From: Candidatus Poseidoniaceae archaeon
Lineage (GTDB): Archaea; Thermoplasmatota; Poseidoniia; Poseidoniales; Poseidoniaceae
Direction: 5' to 3'
NCBI GenBank assembly: GCA_965662895.1
Contig: CBFIJH010000011.1
Coordinates: forward strand, 1-64,000
DNA length: 64,000 nt
The notes below the pieces were generated by a model. That model ran no database searches, had not been told where the DNA came from, and saw nothing but the letters and a program-made list of their open reading frames with translations. This document shows positions 39,775 to 48,407 of this stretch, one piece after another. How positions within the stretch are numbered: the stretch's first letter is position 1; every line of letters begins with the position of its first letter. The position numbers and the translations under genes are program-made.

Positions 39775-40057
39775 TCAGACTCTAACCATTGAGCGTGTCA
39801 ATCATTATCTTTCAATCACGAAACAAGCAAGAGCAAAGGCAACACCAATGGCATCAACCCCGAATGAGGAGTTGATGCTCAAAACATTGCTCTCAATGGC
39901 GGACGATTACTCGAATGATGCTCAATATTTCCTTGATCAAGGCGATCTAATCAGAGCATTTGGAGCGATAAATTACGCCCATGCTTGGATTGATGCAGGG
40001 GTGAAACTAAGGCTTCTGGATGGCCATGGCGATGACGTTCTTTTCACGCTGCCATAA
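39755..40057 (+). CDS. DUF357 family protein
   Basis: MADDYSNDAQYFLDQGDLIRAFGAINYAHAWIDAG; start uncertain (GTG 39755 or CTG 39764). Confidence 0.8.
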   Translation: MIQLNPNQTLTIERVNHYLSITKQARAKATPMASTPNEELMLKTLLSMADDYSNDAQYFLDQGDLIRAFGAINYAHAWIDAGVKLRLLDGHGDDVLFTLP

Positions 40058-40457
40058 AACTGACTTCAACCGTCGGTTCAATGTCAGTTACAAGATTGTT
40101 AATTGCATCAACTTTGTTCAAGATTTCTTTTGCTTGTTTTCTGGCTTTGCTGACAAAAGGTTGGATTGTTTGTTCGAGGGCCATTCGTAATCTGTAGACG
40201 TGGGCAGGCCGGCCACGTGAGGGCTCGGAACGAGGAGCGTAGTGCACGAGATTCATTTCACGCAATTCAGAAATTGCCATACTCACATCAGGTTGACGGA
40301 TATTGCAACGTTCCTGCAATTGTTTCGATGTTGAAGCACCATGTTTGTGCAGGCAAAGCAGAACGCTAGCAGTATTCACGTTTGCTCCGAGTTGAACAAG
40401 TCTTTGTCGTAGTTCGTGGTATTGATTTTGCATGTCTGACGTTGATTCTTCTGGCAT
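40044..40457 (-). CDS. winged-helix transcriptional regulator
   Basis: LG.....A.VL..L....TSKQL....IRQPDVSMA..EL....GRPAHVYRL; AT-rich promoter directly upstream of ATG 40457. Confidence 0.8.
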   Translation of the reverse strand: MPEESTSDMQNQYHELRQRLVQLGANVNTASVLLCLHKHGASTSKQLQERCNIRQPDVSMAISELREMNLVHYAPRSEPSRGRPAHVYRLRMALEQTIQPFVSKARKQAKEILNKVDAINNLVTDIEPTVEVSFMAA

Positions 40458-40548
40458 ATATGAGAATATATATTGTAGAATATATAAAACGTCCACCGAC
40501 GATTAATCGCAAAGACTTGACAATGTGGTGTCGGATTATTTGGATTCT

Positions 40549-40923
40549 CTATAGACCATTGACAAGGCGTATCTTTTTGCCTTGAACAATTTCCAAAACT
40601 CCAAGTCCTGAATCAAGGACCCGGCGCTTCATGTTCGCATCGACGGTCAGTACAGGAATGTTCCTTTGTTTGGCGACTTCCAACAATGCATCGTCAGTGT
40701 GCATTTCAGGATATTCAACCATGGTTGATCGCTGGAGTAAGAGGTCAAGTATGAGCTTCTTGCCGTGAGGACGGTTTGCATCGAGTTCTTCCAACTCTTC
40801 AAGTACCAAATCAAGGAGGATGAAGTGAGGGGGGCCAACGACATTCGATAGGGCGACGTCGATGTTGAACGAACCATCAACGAGTGCAACCCAGCCGCAG
40901 GCGTCTATGAGCACGTTGCCCAA
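40549..40923 (-). CDS. PIN-domain (Fcf1/Utp24-like) protein
   Basis: VLIDAC, VLEEL, TDDAL, LTVD; conserved position after aIF2-gamma. Confidence 0.85.
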   Translation of the reverse strand: MGNVLIDACGWVALVDGSFNIDVALSNVVGPPHFILLDLVLEELEELDANRPHGKKLILDLLLQRSTMVEYPEMHTDDALLEVAKQRNIPVLTVDANMKRRVLDSGLGVLEIVQGKKIRLVNGL

Positions 40924-40932
40924 GAAGTCACC

Positions 40933-42171
40933 TCACTGAATTGTTCCGTGACCGATAAGTCGCCATCGTGCACCAACTCGCCGTGACAGAGAGACACGTT
41001 GTCCTTGATCAGCACATATAGGAAGTCGAAGTTCCAGATTTGCCTTACCTTTGTCAACACCTCTCACAATGCCAACGGAAGTCGAAGTTGCAACGTTCAC
41101 CATCAACATCTCATTGTTTCGAAGTGGATGAATCTTCTCTGGTTGCTCGCCTTCACCAGCAACCATGTTCTTCATCAAGTGTATTTCAATCGCACATTTT
41201 GTACGAACTTCAGGTAAATCACCTTTCTTCGCAAGAACTTGCCCAGACAGGTTGTCTGCAGTTGTAATCGACGGATCGAGGAGTGTTCCAAAACCACACA
41301 ATCCTCCAGCAGCCATTTCATCTCTCTTTCCACCACCACCTTGCATGCTTGTGATGGTCGTATGAATCGGTTCCCAGTGTGACTTGTTTCCTTTCTCGAT
41401 TTTTCGACCAGGACCAATGATGATTTCATCACCTTCTCGGAAGGTCCCTTCAACGATCGAACCGCCGATAACCCCTCCACTTAATTTTGAAGGCCGTGTC
41501 CCTGGTCGGTTGACGTCAAATGAACGGGCGATGTGCATGACAGCCCGCTCATCTGAATCCCTATCGGGTGTTGGAATTGTCTCCTGAATCGCCTCGATGA
41601 GGACATCGAGATTGACATCGTGGTGTGCTGAAACAGGAATGATTGGGGCATCTTCAGCGATGGAACCATTGAGGAATGTTTTGATCTCGTTGTAGGATTC
41701 CATGGCACGTTCTCTCGTCACCAAGTCGATTTTGTTCTGAACGATGACGATGTTCTTGATTCCTGCGATTTCCAAGGCCATCAGGTGCTCACGTGTTTGG
41801 GGTTGTGGACATTTTTCGTTTGCTGCAACCATCAACATTGCTCCATCCATGATGGATGCACCTGTGATCATAATCGCCATCAGTGTCTCGTGCCCAGGAG
41901 CATCGACAAAGGATACGACGCGTTGAAGTTCAGATTCAACATCATCTCCACCTTCAGGGCGGCGACCTGTTGCATAGTACTTGCCAGAATCAGTTTTGTA
42001 AAATGCAGTGTCTGCATATCCGAGTTTGATTGAGATGCCACGACGACGTTCTTCCGAATGCGTGTCTGTCCAGACGCCTGAGAGGGCTTGTGTAAGGGTC
42101 GTTTTACCGTGATCGACGTGGCCGACGAGGCCAATGTTCACTTCAGGTTGGGATGGAAGCGTTCGTGCCAT
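40933..42171 (-). CDS. eif2g: translation initiation factor 2 subunit gamma
   Basis: GHVDHGKTT, RGISIKLGY, DAPGHE, QNKID, RWRLIG.G. Confidence 0.98.
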   Translation of the reverse strand: MARTLPSQPEVNIGLVGHVDHGKTTLTQALSGVWTDTHSEERRRGISIKLGYADTAFYKTDSGKYYATGRRPEGGDDVESELQRVVSFVDAPGHETLMAIMITGASIMDGAMLMVAANEKCPQPQTREHLMALEIAGIKNIVIVQNKIDLVTRERAMESYNEIKTFLNGSIAEDAPIIPVSAHHDVNLDVLIEAIQETIPTPDRDSDERAVMHIARSFDVNRPGTRPSKLSGGVIGGSIVEGTFREGDEIIIGPGRKIEKGNKSHWEPIHTTITSMQGGGGKRDEMAAGGLCGFGTLLDPSITTADNLSGQVLAKKGDLPEVRTKCAIEIHLMKNMVAGEGEQPEKIHPLRNNEMLMVNVATSTSVGIVRGVDKGKANLELRLPICADQGQRVSLSRRVGARWRLIGHGTIQ

Positions 42172-42213
42172 GCTTCCATTCCTCCTTGTTCACCGATTCA
42201 ACCCTCTCGGGTT

Positions 42214-42729
42214 TCACTCCGCTGCAGCTTCTTCCTCACCGAGCAATTTGTCGAGGCCAATGTTTCCAGCATCAACAACTTTGAGATTGATTTGACGCGT
42301 ATCTTGTGTCACCGTGTTTCCACGGAATACACGTCGCTTACGCATACCTTCTGGCTTGTATCGGAAACGCTTCTTTTCGCCTTTCTTTGTCTTTGAGACG
42401 AGATTGTGTCCCTTGAAACCAGTTGAAGCAGTGACGAGGATTGCTTGGCGGGAACCACCTTCAAGATCTCGACGCATTGGAGTTCCGGTTTTATCGGATC
42501 CACCTGTAATCTCGAGTTTGTAACCAGTCAGTGTTGACTCTCCTTCGCCAACGAAGATACCATCGATGACATCACCGATTTTCTTACCGAGCAATTGCGC
42601 ATGGTTGTTGCCGGAAATAATCGTCTTGTAGGACGGTGAATAGGTCTTCTCCTTACCGTTCTTGGTGGTACGGGTCAACTTGGTTGTGGTATCGTTGACC
42701 ACTGCAACAAATGAATTTCCATCAGCCAT
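42214..42729 (-). CDS. rps6e: 30S ribosomal protein S6e
   Basis: LGKKIGD, GYKLEITGGSDKTGTPMR, G.RKRR..RGN, QINLKV. Confidence 0.95.
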   Translation of the reverse strand: MADGNSFVAVVNDTTTKLTRTTKNGKEKTYSPSYKTIISGNNHAQLLGKKIGDVIDGIFVGEGESTLTGYKLEITGGSDKTGTPMRRDLEGGSRQAILVTASTGFKGHNLVSKTKKGEKKRFRYKPEGMRKRRVFRGNTVTQDTRQINLKVVDAGNIGLDKLLGEEEAAAE

Positions 42730-42796
42730 GAAGCATTCCTCTAGCAACCTAGCGACAAACGACCCCTATTTAGCCTCACCGCATGCTATTTGTTCG

Positions 42797-43981
42797 TCAG
42801 CGCTTCAGTTTCTTTGCAACTCGGCCTTCAATCCGTGCTGCAACATCCACAGGGAGAGCATGAGGCATGGAGATGTGAGTTGTTCGCCCTCTGCCTTCAC
42901 CGATTGTATCCACACGCGTTGCGATGATGTTCAGGGCTTCGATTTGCTTCAAGAATTTCCAAATGGTTGTATGACTGCGGGGTTTAATCTCGTACTCTTC
43001 ACAAATAACCGCGTAGATGGACTCAACATCTTTGCTTGTCATGAATTCTGCTTTTCGCAATCGCCGACAAATTCCGAGCAAAACAAGCATTGCGTGACCC
43101 GATAATTCGTCAAGGACGTCCTCAGGCATCACTTGAGGAACATCTCTTGCTTTGGTTTGGACGTGTTCAGGCATGATGCTTTTCTGACCATCCGATTCGG
43201 CATGCTCGACAGCAGCCCCAAGCAGTTCAATGACTTGTCGAGCATCTCCAGACGGAGCAGCAGAGGTTGCGATAAGTCTCAAGATATCCTCGTTCCATGA
43301 TTTGGGGTTCAGTGCCTGCTCCGCACGCTGACGTGCAATGGCAAGGAGCCCTTTCATGTCGTAAGGTGGGATAGGAATGTGATTGGTGTGACCAAATCGG
43401 GAAATGACGGCATTTTCGAGGACGTCAAGAACCTGCTCTTGGCTGATAAGGATGAGTGAAAGCGTTCCACTACCTTCTTGATCTTCATCAATTCGCAGCA
43501 GCTGGTAAATGAGATCGTTCCCCGATTTCCGTAGCAGATGATCGACTTCGTCCAAAACCACAATCAAATGGCGTCCATTGCTTTTCAGCATCTTTCTGAG
43601 ACTACCCAACAATTCTCCCATTGAAAGCCCGCGGTCGGGGTGGCCAGGATCGAGCGACTGAACAATGCGTTGTGCGACACGAACGTTTGTTGTTGCGTTT
43701 CGACAATTGATGTGAACGCTTTGAAGGGGGCGTTTGTTTCGCAGATGATATCGGATATCGCGACAAAACGTTCGGGCTAGAAGCGTCTTTCCGCTCCCGA
43801 CTGGTCCAGTGATGACGACATTTGAGCTCCCGTTCGGATGAGCAATTGAATGGAATTTTGCTGCAAGCGTTTCTTGAATTGCCTCACGACCAACCATCAC
43901 TTCGGGAATGTAATCGAAGTCAAGTGGGTCTGGATTCAAAAGAATAAACCCAGAACCAATTCGGTCAAGATAGTCGCTCAT
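42797..43981 (-). CDS. cdc6: Orc1/Cdc6 replication initiator
   Basis: DYIPE.M.GRE, GPVGSGKT, HINCR, VVLDEVD, GDAR sensor II, C-terminal wHTH with GRGRT. Confidence 0.92.
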   Translation of the reverse strand: MSDYLDRIGSGFILLNPDPLDFDYIPEVMVGREAIQETLAAKFHSIAHPNGSSNVVITGPVGSGKTLLARTFCRDIRYHLRNKRPLQSVHINCRNATTNVRVAQRIVQSLDPGHPDRGLSMGELLGSLRKMLKSNGRHLIVVLDEVDHLLRKSGNDLIYQLLRIDEDQEGSGTLSLILISQEQVLDVLENAVISRFGHTNHIPIPPYDMKGLLAIARQRAEQALNPKSWNEDILRLIATSAAPSGDARQVIELLGAAVEHAESDGQKSIMPEHVQTKARDVPQVMPEDVLDELSGHAMLVLLGICRRLRKAEFMTSKDVESIYAVICEEYEIKPRSHTTIWKFLKQIEALNIIATRVDTIGEGRGRTTHISMPHALPVDVAARIEGRVAKKLKR

Positions 43982-44049
43982 GCTGTGTACATCTTGACGC
44001 CAACCGTTCTTGAACACTCGCTCGTCCTCGAACGAAAACGAGTCAAACT

Positions 44050-45159
44050 TCAGGGGATTTCATCGAACTGGTATCCAAGTTCCCACTTCTTTTCCCCAAG
44101 TGCGACTTCGAGCTCAAATGGAGTGAGAAGGGGCTTGGCATACTTCACGGCGTCGTCGATGGCGATTCGTGGGCATGCAGTGTTCACAAAAGCATCAACA
44201 GGATAGAAATCAATCAATTCGGGCCCAACATGTTCAAGCGCAAGAAGGTAGCCCTTCTTTCCGTGTTTTTCGAGCAATCGTTTCATCCGCAACGCAAGTG
44301 TTCTTCGCATTTGGCCCGGCTTTTCACCGATGAGAATTCCAAATTTTTGTGCGTCCATTGAAGACATAATCAAGCCAAAACGCTGTCGTAAGATGCGCTC
44401 AATCCGTTCAAAGGACATTTCGATGGCATCGCCAGAATAGGGATCGAGCATGGCAAGTGGTTTGCCCGTGTGAAGTACCAAGCCAATCGGGTGAAAATCA
44501 CCACTCCCAAGAAACAAGTAATGACCAATTGTGTCATCGTCACCGGAGTAGTTGCATCCAAGCACTTGGCCAGGGAAAGTGAGCCGTGCTCCCCCCATCG
44601 GGATGGTGACATCAAAACCAGCTTGCTCAAGCCTGTCATGAAATTCTGGAAGCAAGTGAAGATGCTGGATGCTCCCGACCAATCCTAATTTTGTATCTTT
44701 GAGCGGTGTTAAGCGTCCAACTGCATCCATGAATCGTTCTTGAGCCTCTTGTTCGGATACGTTCTCCGCAGGTTGTTCAGCCATTCGATTCTTAGCAATC
44801 TCTCGATGTGCATTGAGCATCGGAAGGACCGGTGCAAGTTCAGGGTCTCCATCATAGGTGACATCGATAAATTGTGTTGGCATTCCTGAATCGATGTTCA
44901 TTTGTGAATGTCCCATGTGTGCAACAAGCTCAACACCCATCATTTTCATCTTGTCATGGACAAGATCGCATGCACCATAACACGGGTCAGCAGCAAGAAC
45001 AACCTTGGCACCTGAACCGGTTTCAATTTCATCCATCATTTCAAGTGCTTGCATCTTCAAACCTTCAGGCACTTGAAGCGCAACAAGTCGGTTATCGTTC
45101 TTCTGTATGCGCTCAATCAATTCTTCAAGTTGGAAGTCATGTCGGTCCAAATCCATCAT
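44050..45159 (-). CDS. dph2: diphthamide biosynthesis enzyme Dph2
   Basis: LQVPEGLK, PCYGACD, GQVLGC, TACPRI (three Fe-S Cys). Confidence 0.95.
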   Translation of the reverse strand: MMDLDRHDFQLEELIERIQKNDNRLVALQVPEGLKMQALEMMDEIETGSGAKVVLAADPCYGACDLVHDKMKMMGVELVAHMGHSQMNIDSGMPTQFIDVTYDGDPELAPVLPMLNAHREIAKNRMAEQPAENVSEQEAQERFMDAVGRLTPLKDTKLGLVGSIQHLHLLPEFHDRLEQAGFDVTIPMGGARLTFPGQVLGCNYSGDDDTIGHYLFLGSGDFHPIGLVLHTGKPLAMLDPYSGDAIEMSFERIERILRQRFGLIMSSMDAQKFGILIGEKPGQMRRTLALRMKRLLEKHGKKGYLLALEHVGPELIDFYPVDAFVNTACPRIAIDDAVKYAKPLLTPFELEVALGEKKWELGYQFDEIP

Positions 45160-45737
45160 ATCACCTCATCAATGAGCGCAACGGTGCCCTCAATCATTTC
45201 TACTCGTACGAGCGATGAAATTTCAATGTGCGGGTACTTCTCCTGCAACAGTTTCAAACCAGGACCTTTTTCGACGACGACGATGATTGATTCAATGCTG
45301 GCTCCAATGGCTTCGACACCGTTGATGATTGCTTCAAGTGTTCCGCCAGTCGAAAGAACGTCGTCGACAATGAGGATACGCTCTCCCTCGTTGATATCGT
45401 TAAGGAACATCGAACCTTTGGAGTAACCTGTTGATTGATCGATAGCAACCTCTCCATCAAGCCCGTAGGAACGCTTTCGGACCACAACCTGAGGTTTGTT
45501 GTTCCGCATTGAGAGAGGACTCGTAAGCGGTAAGCCCATCGCTTCGATGCCAAGCATTAGGTCGATCGATTCCCAAGCCACTCTTCCCTCGATAAGTTCC
45601 ACCACCGCTGAGAGAACATCAGGGTCGAGGCGGGGGACGCCATCGGTCAACGGGTGGATGAAATACGGATAATCGCCTTTCCATATGATTGGTGCAGCAA
45701 GGAGTGACTCCTTTACTCGCTGCAACGGGCTTGACAT
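45156..45737 (-). CDS. purine phosphoribosyltransferase (archaeal Hpt/Apt-like)
   Basis: YPYFIHPLTDGVP, EAMG, IVDDVLSTGGT PRPP-binding motif. Confidence 0.9.
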   Translation of the reverse strand: MSSPLQRVKESLLAAPIIWKGDYPYFIHPLTDGVPRLDPDVLSAVVELIEGRVAWESIDLMLGIEAMGLPLTSPLSMRNNKPQVVVRKRSYGLDGEVAIDQSTGYSKGSMFLNDINEGERILIVDDVLSTGGTLEAIINGVEAIGASIESIIVVVEKGPGLKLLQEKYPHIEISSLVRVEMIEGTVALIDEVI

Positions 45738-45753
45738 GGTTCCACTTCAGAGT

Positions 45754-46158
45754 TCAAAGTTCCGACAGGTACTCAACGTACTCGTCTGGCTCGAGTAGAT
45801 TTTCCATGTCAAATTGGAACGGTTGCAAGACCAAAATCCAGCCGAGGTCGTAAGCGGACTCGTTGACGAGATCGGGATTGATCTCGACTTCGCCGTTGAC
45901 TTCTGTAATCGTGCCGGAAAACGGTGCCGTAAATGCAATTTTGTCATCAGCAGTCCAAAGTGAAAACATGTCTTGTCCTTCATCAACAACAGTTTCAGCT
46001 TGCGGCAGGATGATACGAAGGACGTCTCCGATTTCAACGCCCATAAACTCGCTAATGCCCACCATTATTTTCTCGTCGTCTTTTTCTTGATACCAAAGAT
46101 GGTCAATCGAGTATTTACGGTTGTGTGCGATGTTAAATTCAACAACTTCTTCTTCCAA
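45754..46158 (-). CDS. glycine cleavage H-protein-like protein (canonical lipoyl Lys not in place)
   Basis: YSIDHLW, VGISEF...IGDV, APFSGTITEVN, PDLVN...YDLGW; TTG start after AGGTGA. Confidence 0.8.
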   Translation of the reverse strand: MEEEVVEFNIAHNRKYSIDHLWYQEKDDEKIMVGISEFMGVEIGDVLRIILPQAETVVDEGQDMFSLWTADDKIAFTAPFSGTITEVNGEVEINPDLVNESAYDLGWILVLQPFQFDMENLLEPDEYVEYLSEL

Positions 46159-46277
46159 GTCATATCACCTATACGCGGCTCAAACATCTCCTATATGAAT
46201 CATCGCTATTCCTGCAATGATATGGCTTTTGCACATTCATTAAGAGAGGGCCCCATTTAGCAAGGAACGGCGAGCGA

Positions 46278-47447
46278 ATGGACTTCAAAGCAACCGATGA
46301 ACAAGACATGATCCGAGAGATGGTACGGGACTTCGCTGAAACTGTTTTGGCACCTACAGTTGAACATCGGGACCAGACCCAGACACCACCGTCTGAAGAA
46401 TGGAAACAGTTCCTTGAACTCGGTCTTCAAGGCGTTACCGTCCCCGAAAAATACGGGGGGATGCCAGTTGATGACATATCCGAATCGATAATCGTCGAAG
46501 AATTGGCCCGTATCGACCCTTCGTTCTCTGTCATGTTTTGCGTCCATGTCGGATTGTGTGCGAAAACCATCGCACTTCATGGAGACGAGTATCAAAAAGA
46601 AACCTATCTCACTCGTCTCGCAGAAGGCCATGTAGGTGCATACTCACTTTCTGAAGCGGGGGCAGGAACAGACGCTGCTGCCATGACCTGCAAAGCAAAA
46701 CTCTCTGAAGATGGTACACACTATATTCTCAACGGCGAGAAGATGTGGGTGACGAACGGTGCACAAGCAAAAATCATTGTTTTGTTTGCCAAGGATGTCG
46801 ATCATCCAGAATACGGTGTAAAGAAACACGGTGGAACTACTGCATTCATTGTCGATTCTGAATTTGAAGGATTTTCAGTCGGAAAAAAGGAAGACAAACT
46901 TGGAATTCGTTCCTCGGATACATGCACGCTTGTCCTCAAGGAATGTAAGGTTCCAATCGAGAACGTCATCAAGGGTGCAGGGAACGGCTTCCCGATTGCG
47001 ATGAACGCTCTGGACAACTCTCGAATTGGAATTGCAGCGCAAGCCCTTGGTATTGCCCAGGGGGCATACGAAGCCTCGTTGAAATATGCGTATGAGCGAG
47101 AAGCTTTCGGGAAACCAATTGCTCATCATCAAATGATTATGGGATACCTTGCAGATATGGCAACACGGATTGACGCTGCTCGACACCTTGTTTACAAAGC
47201 ATCATGGTCAAAACAGCAACATTACGAACACGATGGACCTCGGCACACGAAGGAGGCGAGTATGGCGAAACTCTACGCAGGTGATACTGCGATGTGGGTT
47301 TCAGAGCGAGCAATTCAGATTCACGGAGGCTATGGGTACACCAAAGAATTCCCAGTTGAACGGTTCTTTAGAGATGCGAAAATCACACAGATCTATGAAG
47401 GGACGCAAGAAGTCCAGCGGATTGTCGTTGCGCGAAGTCTCCTATAG
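46278..47447 (+). CDS. acyl-CoA dehydrogenase (short/branched-chain type)
   Basis: SLSEAGAGTD, NGEKMWVTNG, KLGIRSS, REAFG, QIHGGYG, IYEGT. Confidence 0.95.
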   Translation: MDFKATDEQDMIREMVRDFAETVLAPTVEHRDQTQTPPSEEWKQFLELGLQGVTVPEKYGGMPVDDISESIIVEELARIDPSFSVMFCVHVGLCAKTIALHGDEYQKETYLTRLAEGHVGAYSLSEAGAGTDAAAMTCKAKLSEDGTHYILNGEKMWVTNGAQAKIIVLFAKDVDHPEYGVKKHGGTTAFIVDSEFEGFSVGKKEDKLGIRSSDTCTLVLKECKVPIENVIKGAGNGFPIAMNALDNSRIGIAAQALGIAQGAYEASLKYAYEREAFGKPIAHHQMIMGYLADMATRIDAARHLVYKASWSKQQHYEHDGPRHTKEASMAKLYAGDTAMWVSERAIQIHGGYGYTKEFPVERFFRDAKITQIYEGTQEVQRIVVARSLL

Positions 47448-48365
47448 ATACCGAAACGTTGTGGCGCCAAGCACGGCTCGTTTTCGACCTGTGTTCCAGT
47501 CGCAGATTTGTGCTTCCGCCTCGATGGTATGATTCTGTTGAAACTTCAGTGCGTTTTCCGTTGCTTCGGAAGGAAGTCTCAATTCAACCTCATAGCCGTG
47601 TTCACCATGAAGCCTGCCAATTACGGTCACCCCGTTCTTGAGTGGTCCCGTTCCGACAAGTGTTTTCTCTATGGAATCGATTTGTACAGAACATGGTTGG
47701 ATCGGTGATTGTGAAATTGCATGACGGCGCTCACTCGTAAGTTTCATGCCTTCAAGCAATTCAATAAATTGGGTGTGATCAATGGGTGTTCCATCCTCGT
47801 TGAGTAAAAGAGCATCAGGTTTGTTTCTTTCCGCCTCTTCTTGCTTTGCTTTTTCAGCGGCCTCTCGTTCAGCGGCTTCTTTCGCTTGTTGCTCTTCAAG
47901 CAAGCGTTGCTTCTCAGCTTCCTCTTGGCGAATACGTTCTTCTGCAAGTCGTCGAGCCTCTTCTTCAAGTTCTTTGTCAAGTTCTTGGAACTCATCTTGC
48001 TCAGGCTCGGGGTTTTCGACCTCTTCTATTCCACTGGGCAACCCAATTGTTTCGAAATATGTGTGAAGGTCCGCCACAGTGACAGACCCATCCTTATCCA
48101 TATCAAGAACGGACATGAGACCGTTGATGACCCAGCCTGGTGGTTGGGTTCCAGTGGTCTTTTCAAGCGCGCTTGTGAGTTCCGTCGGCTGGATAACAGC
48201 ATCCATATTCGAATCGATCATTTTGATGATCTCTGCTCCGGTCAATCCTGACCCAAGAAGCCAACTCGTGAATTGTGTATTCAACTGACCAATCATCGGA
48301 TTGGTTGCAACCATTTCCTGAATGTGTTGATTCATTTTTGCTTGTAGCGCTTGTTTGACAGCCAT
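47442..48365 (-). CDS. EF-hand pair protein with charged coiled-coil linker and C-terminal globular domain
   Basis: Loops DSNMDAVIQPTE and DMDKDGSVTVAD, each flanked by amphipathic helices. Confidence 0.7.
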   Translation of the reverse strand: MAVKQALQAKMNQHIQEMVATNPMIGQLNTQFTSWLLGSGLTGAEIIKMIDSNMDAVIQPTELTSALEKTTGTQPPGWVINGLMSVLDMDKDGSVTVADLHTYFETIGLPSGIEEVENPEPEQDEFQELDKELEEEARRLAEERIRQEEAEKQRLLEEQQAKEAAEREAAEKAKQEEAERNKPDALLLNEDGTPIDHTQFIELLEGMKLTSERRHAISQSPIQPCSVQIDSIEKTLVGTGPLKNGVTVIGRLHGEHGYEVELRLPSEATENALKFQQNHTIEAEAQICDWNTGRKRAVLGATTFRYL

Positions 48366-48407
48366 TCAATCGCTCCCTGACCTGCTCGGTACACGCAGAC
48401 TAATCGG

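Noticed and set aside
43982-44049. Replication origin with ORB boxes beside cdc6
   Set aside because: The spacers on both sides of cdc6 are under 70 bp, with no ORB-like repeats or G-strings visible
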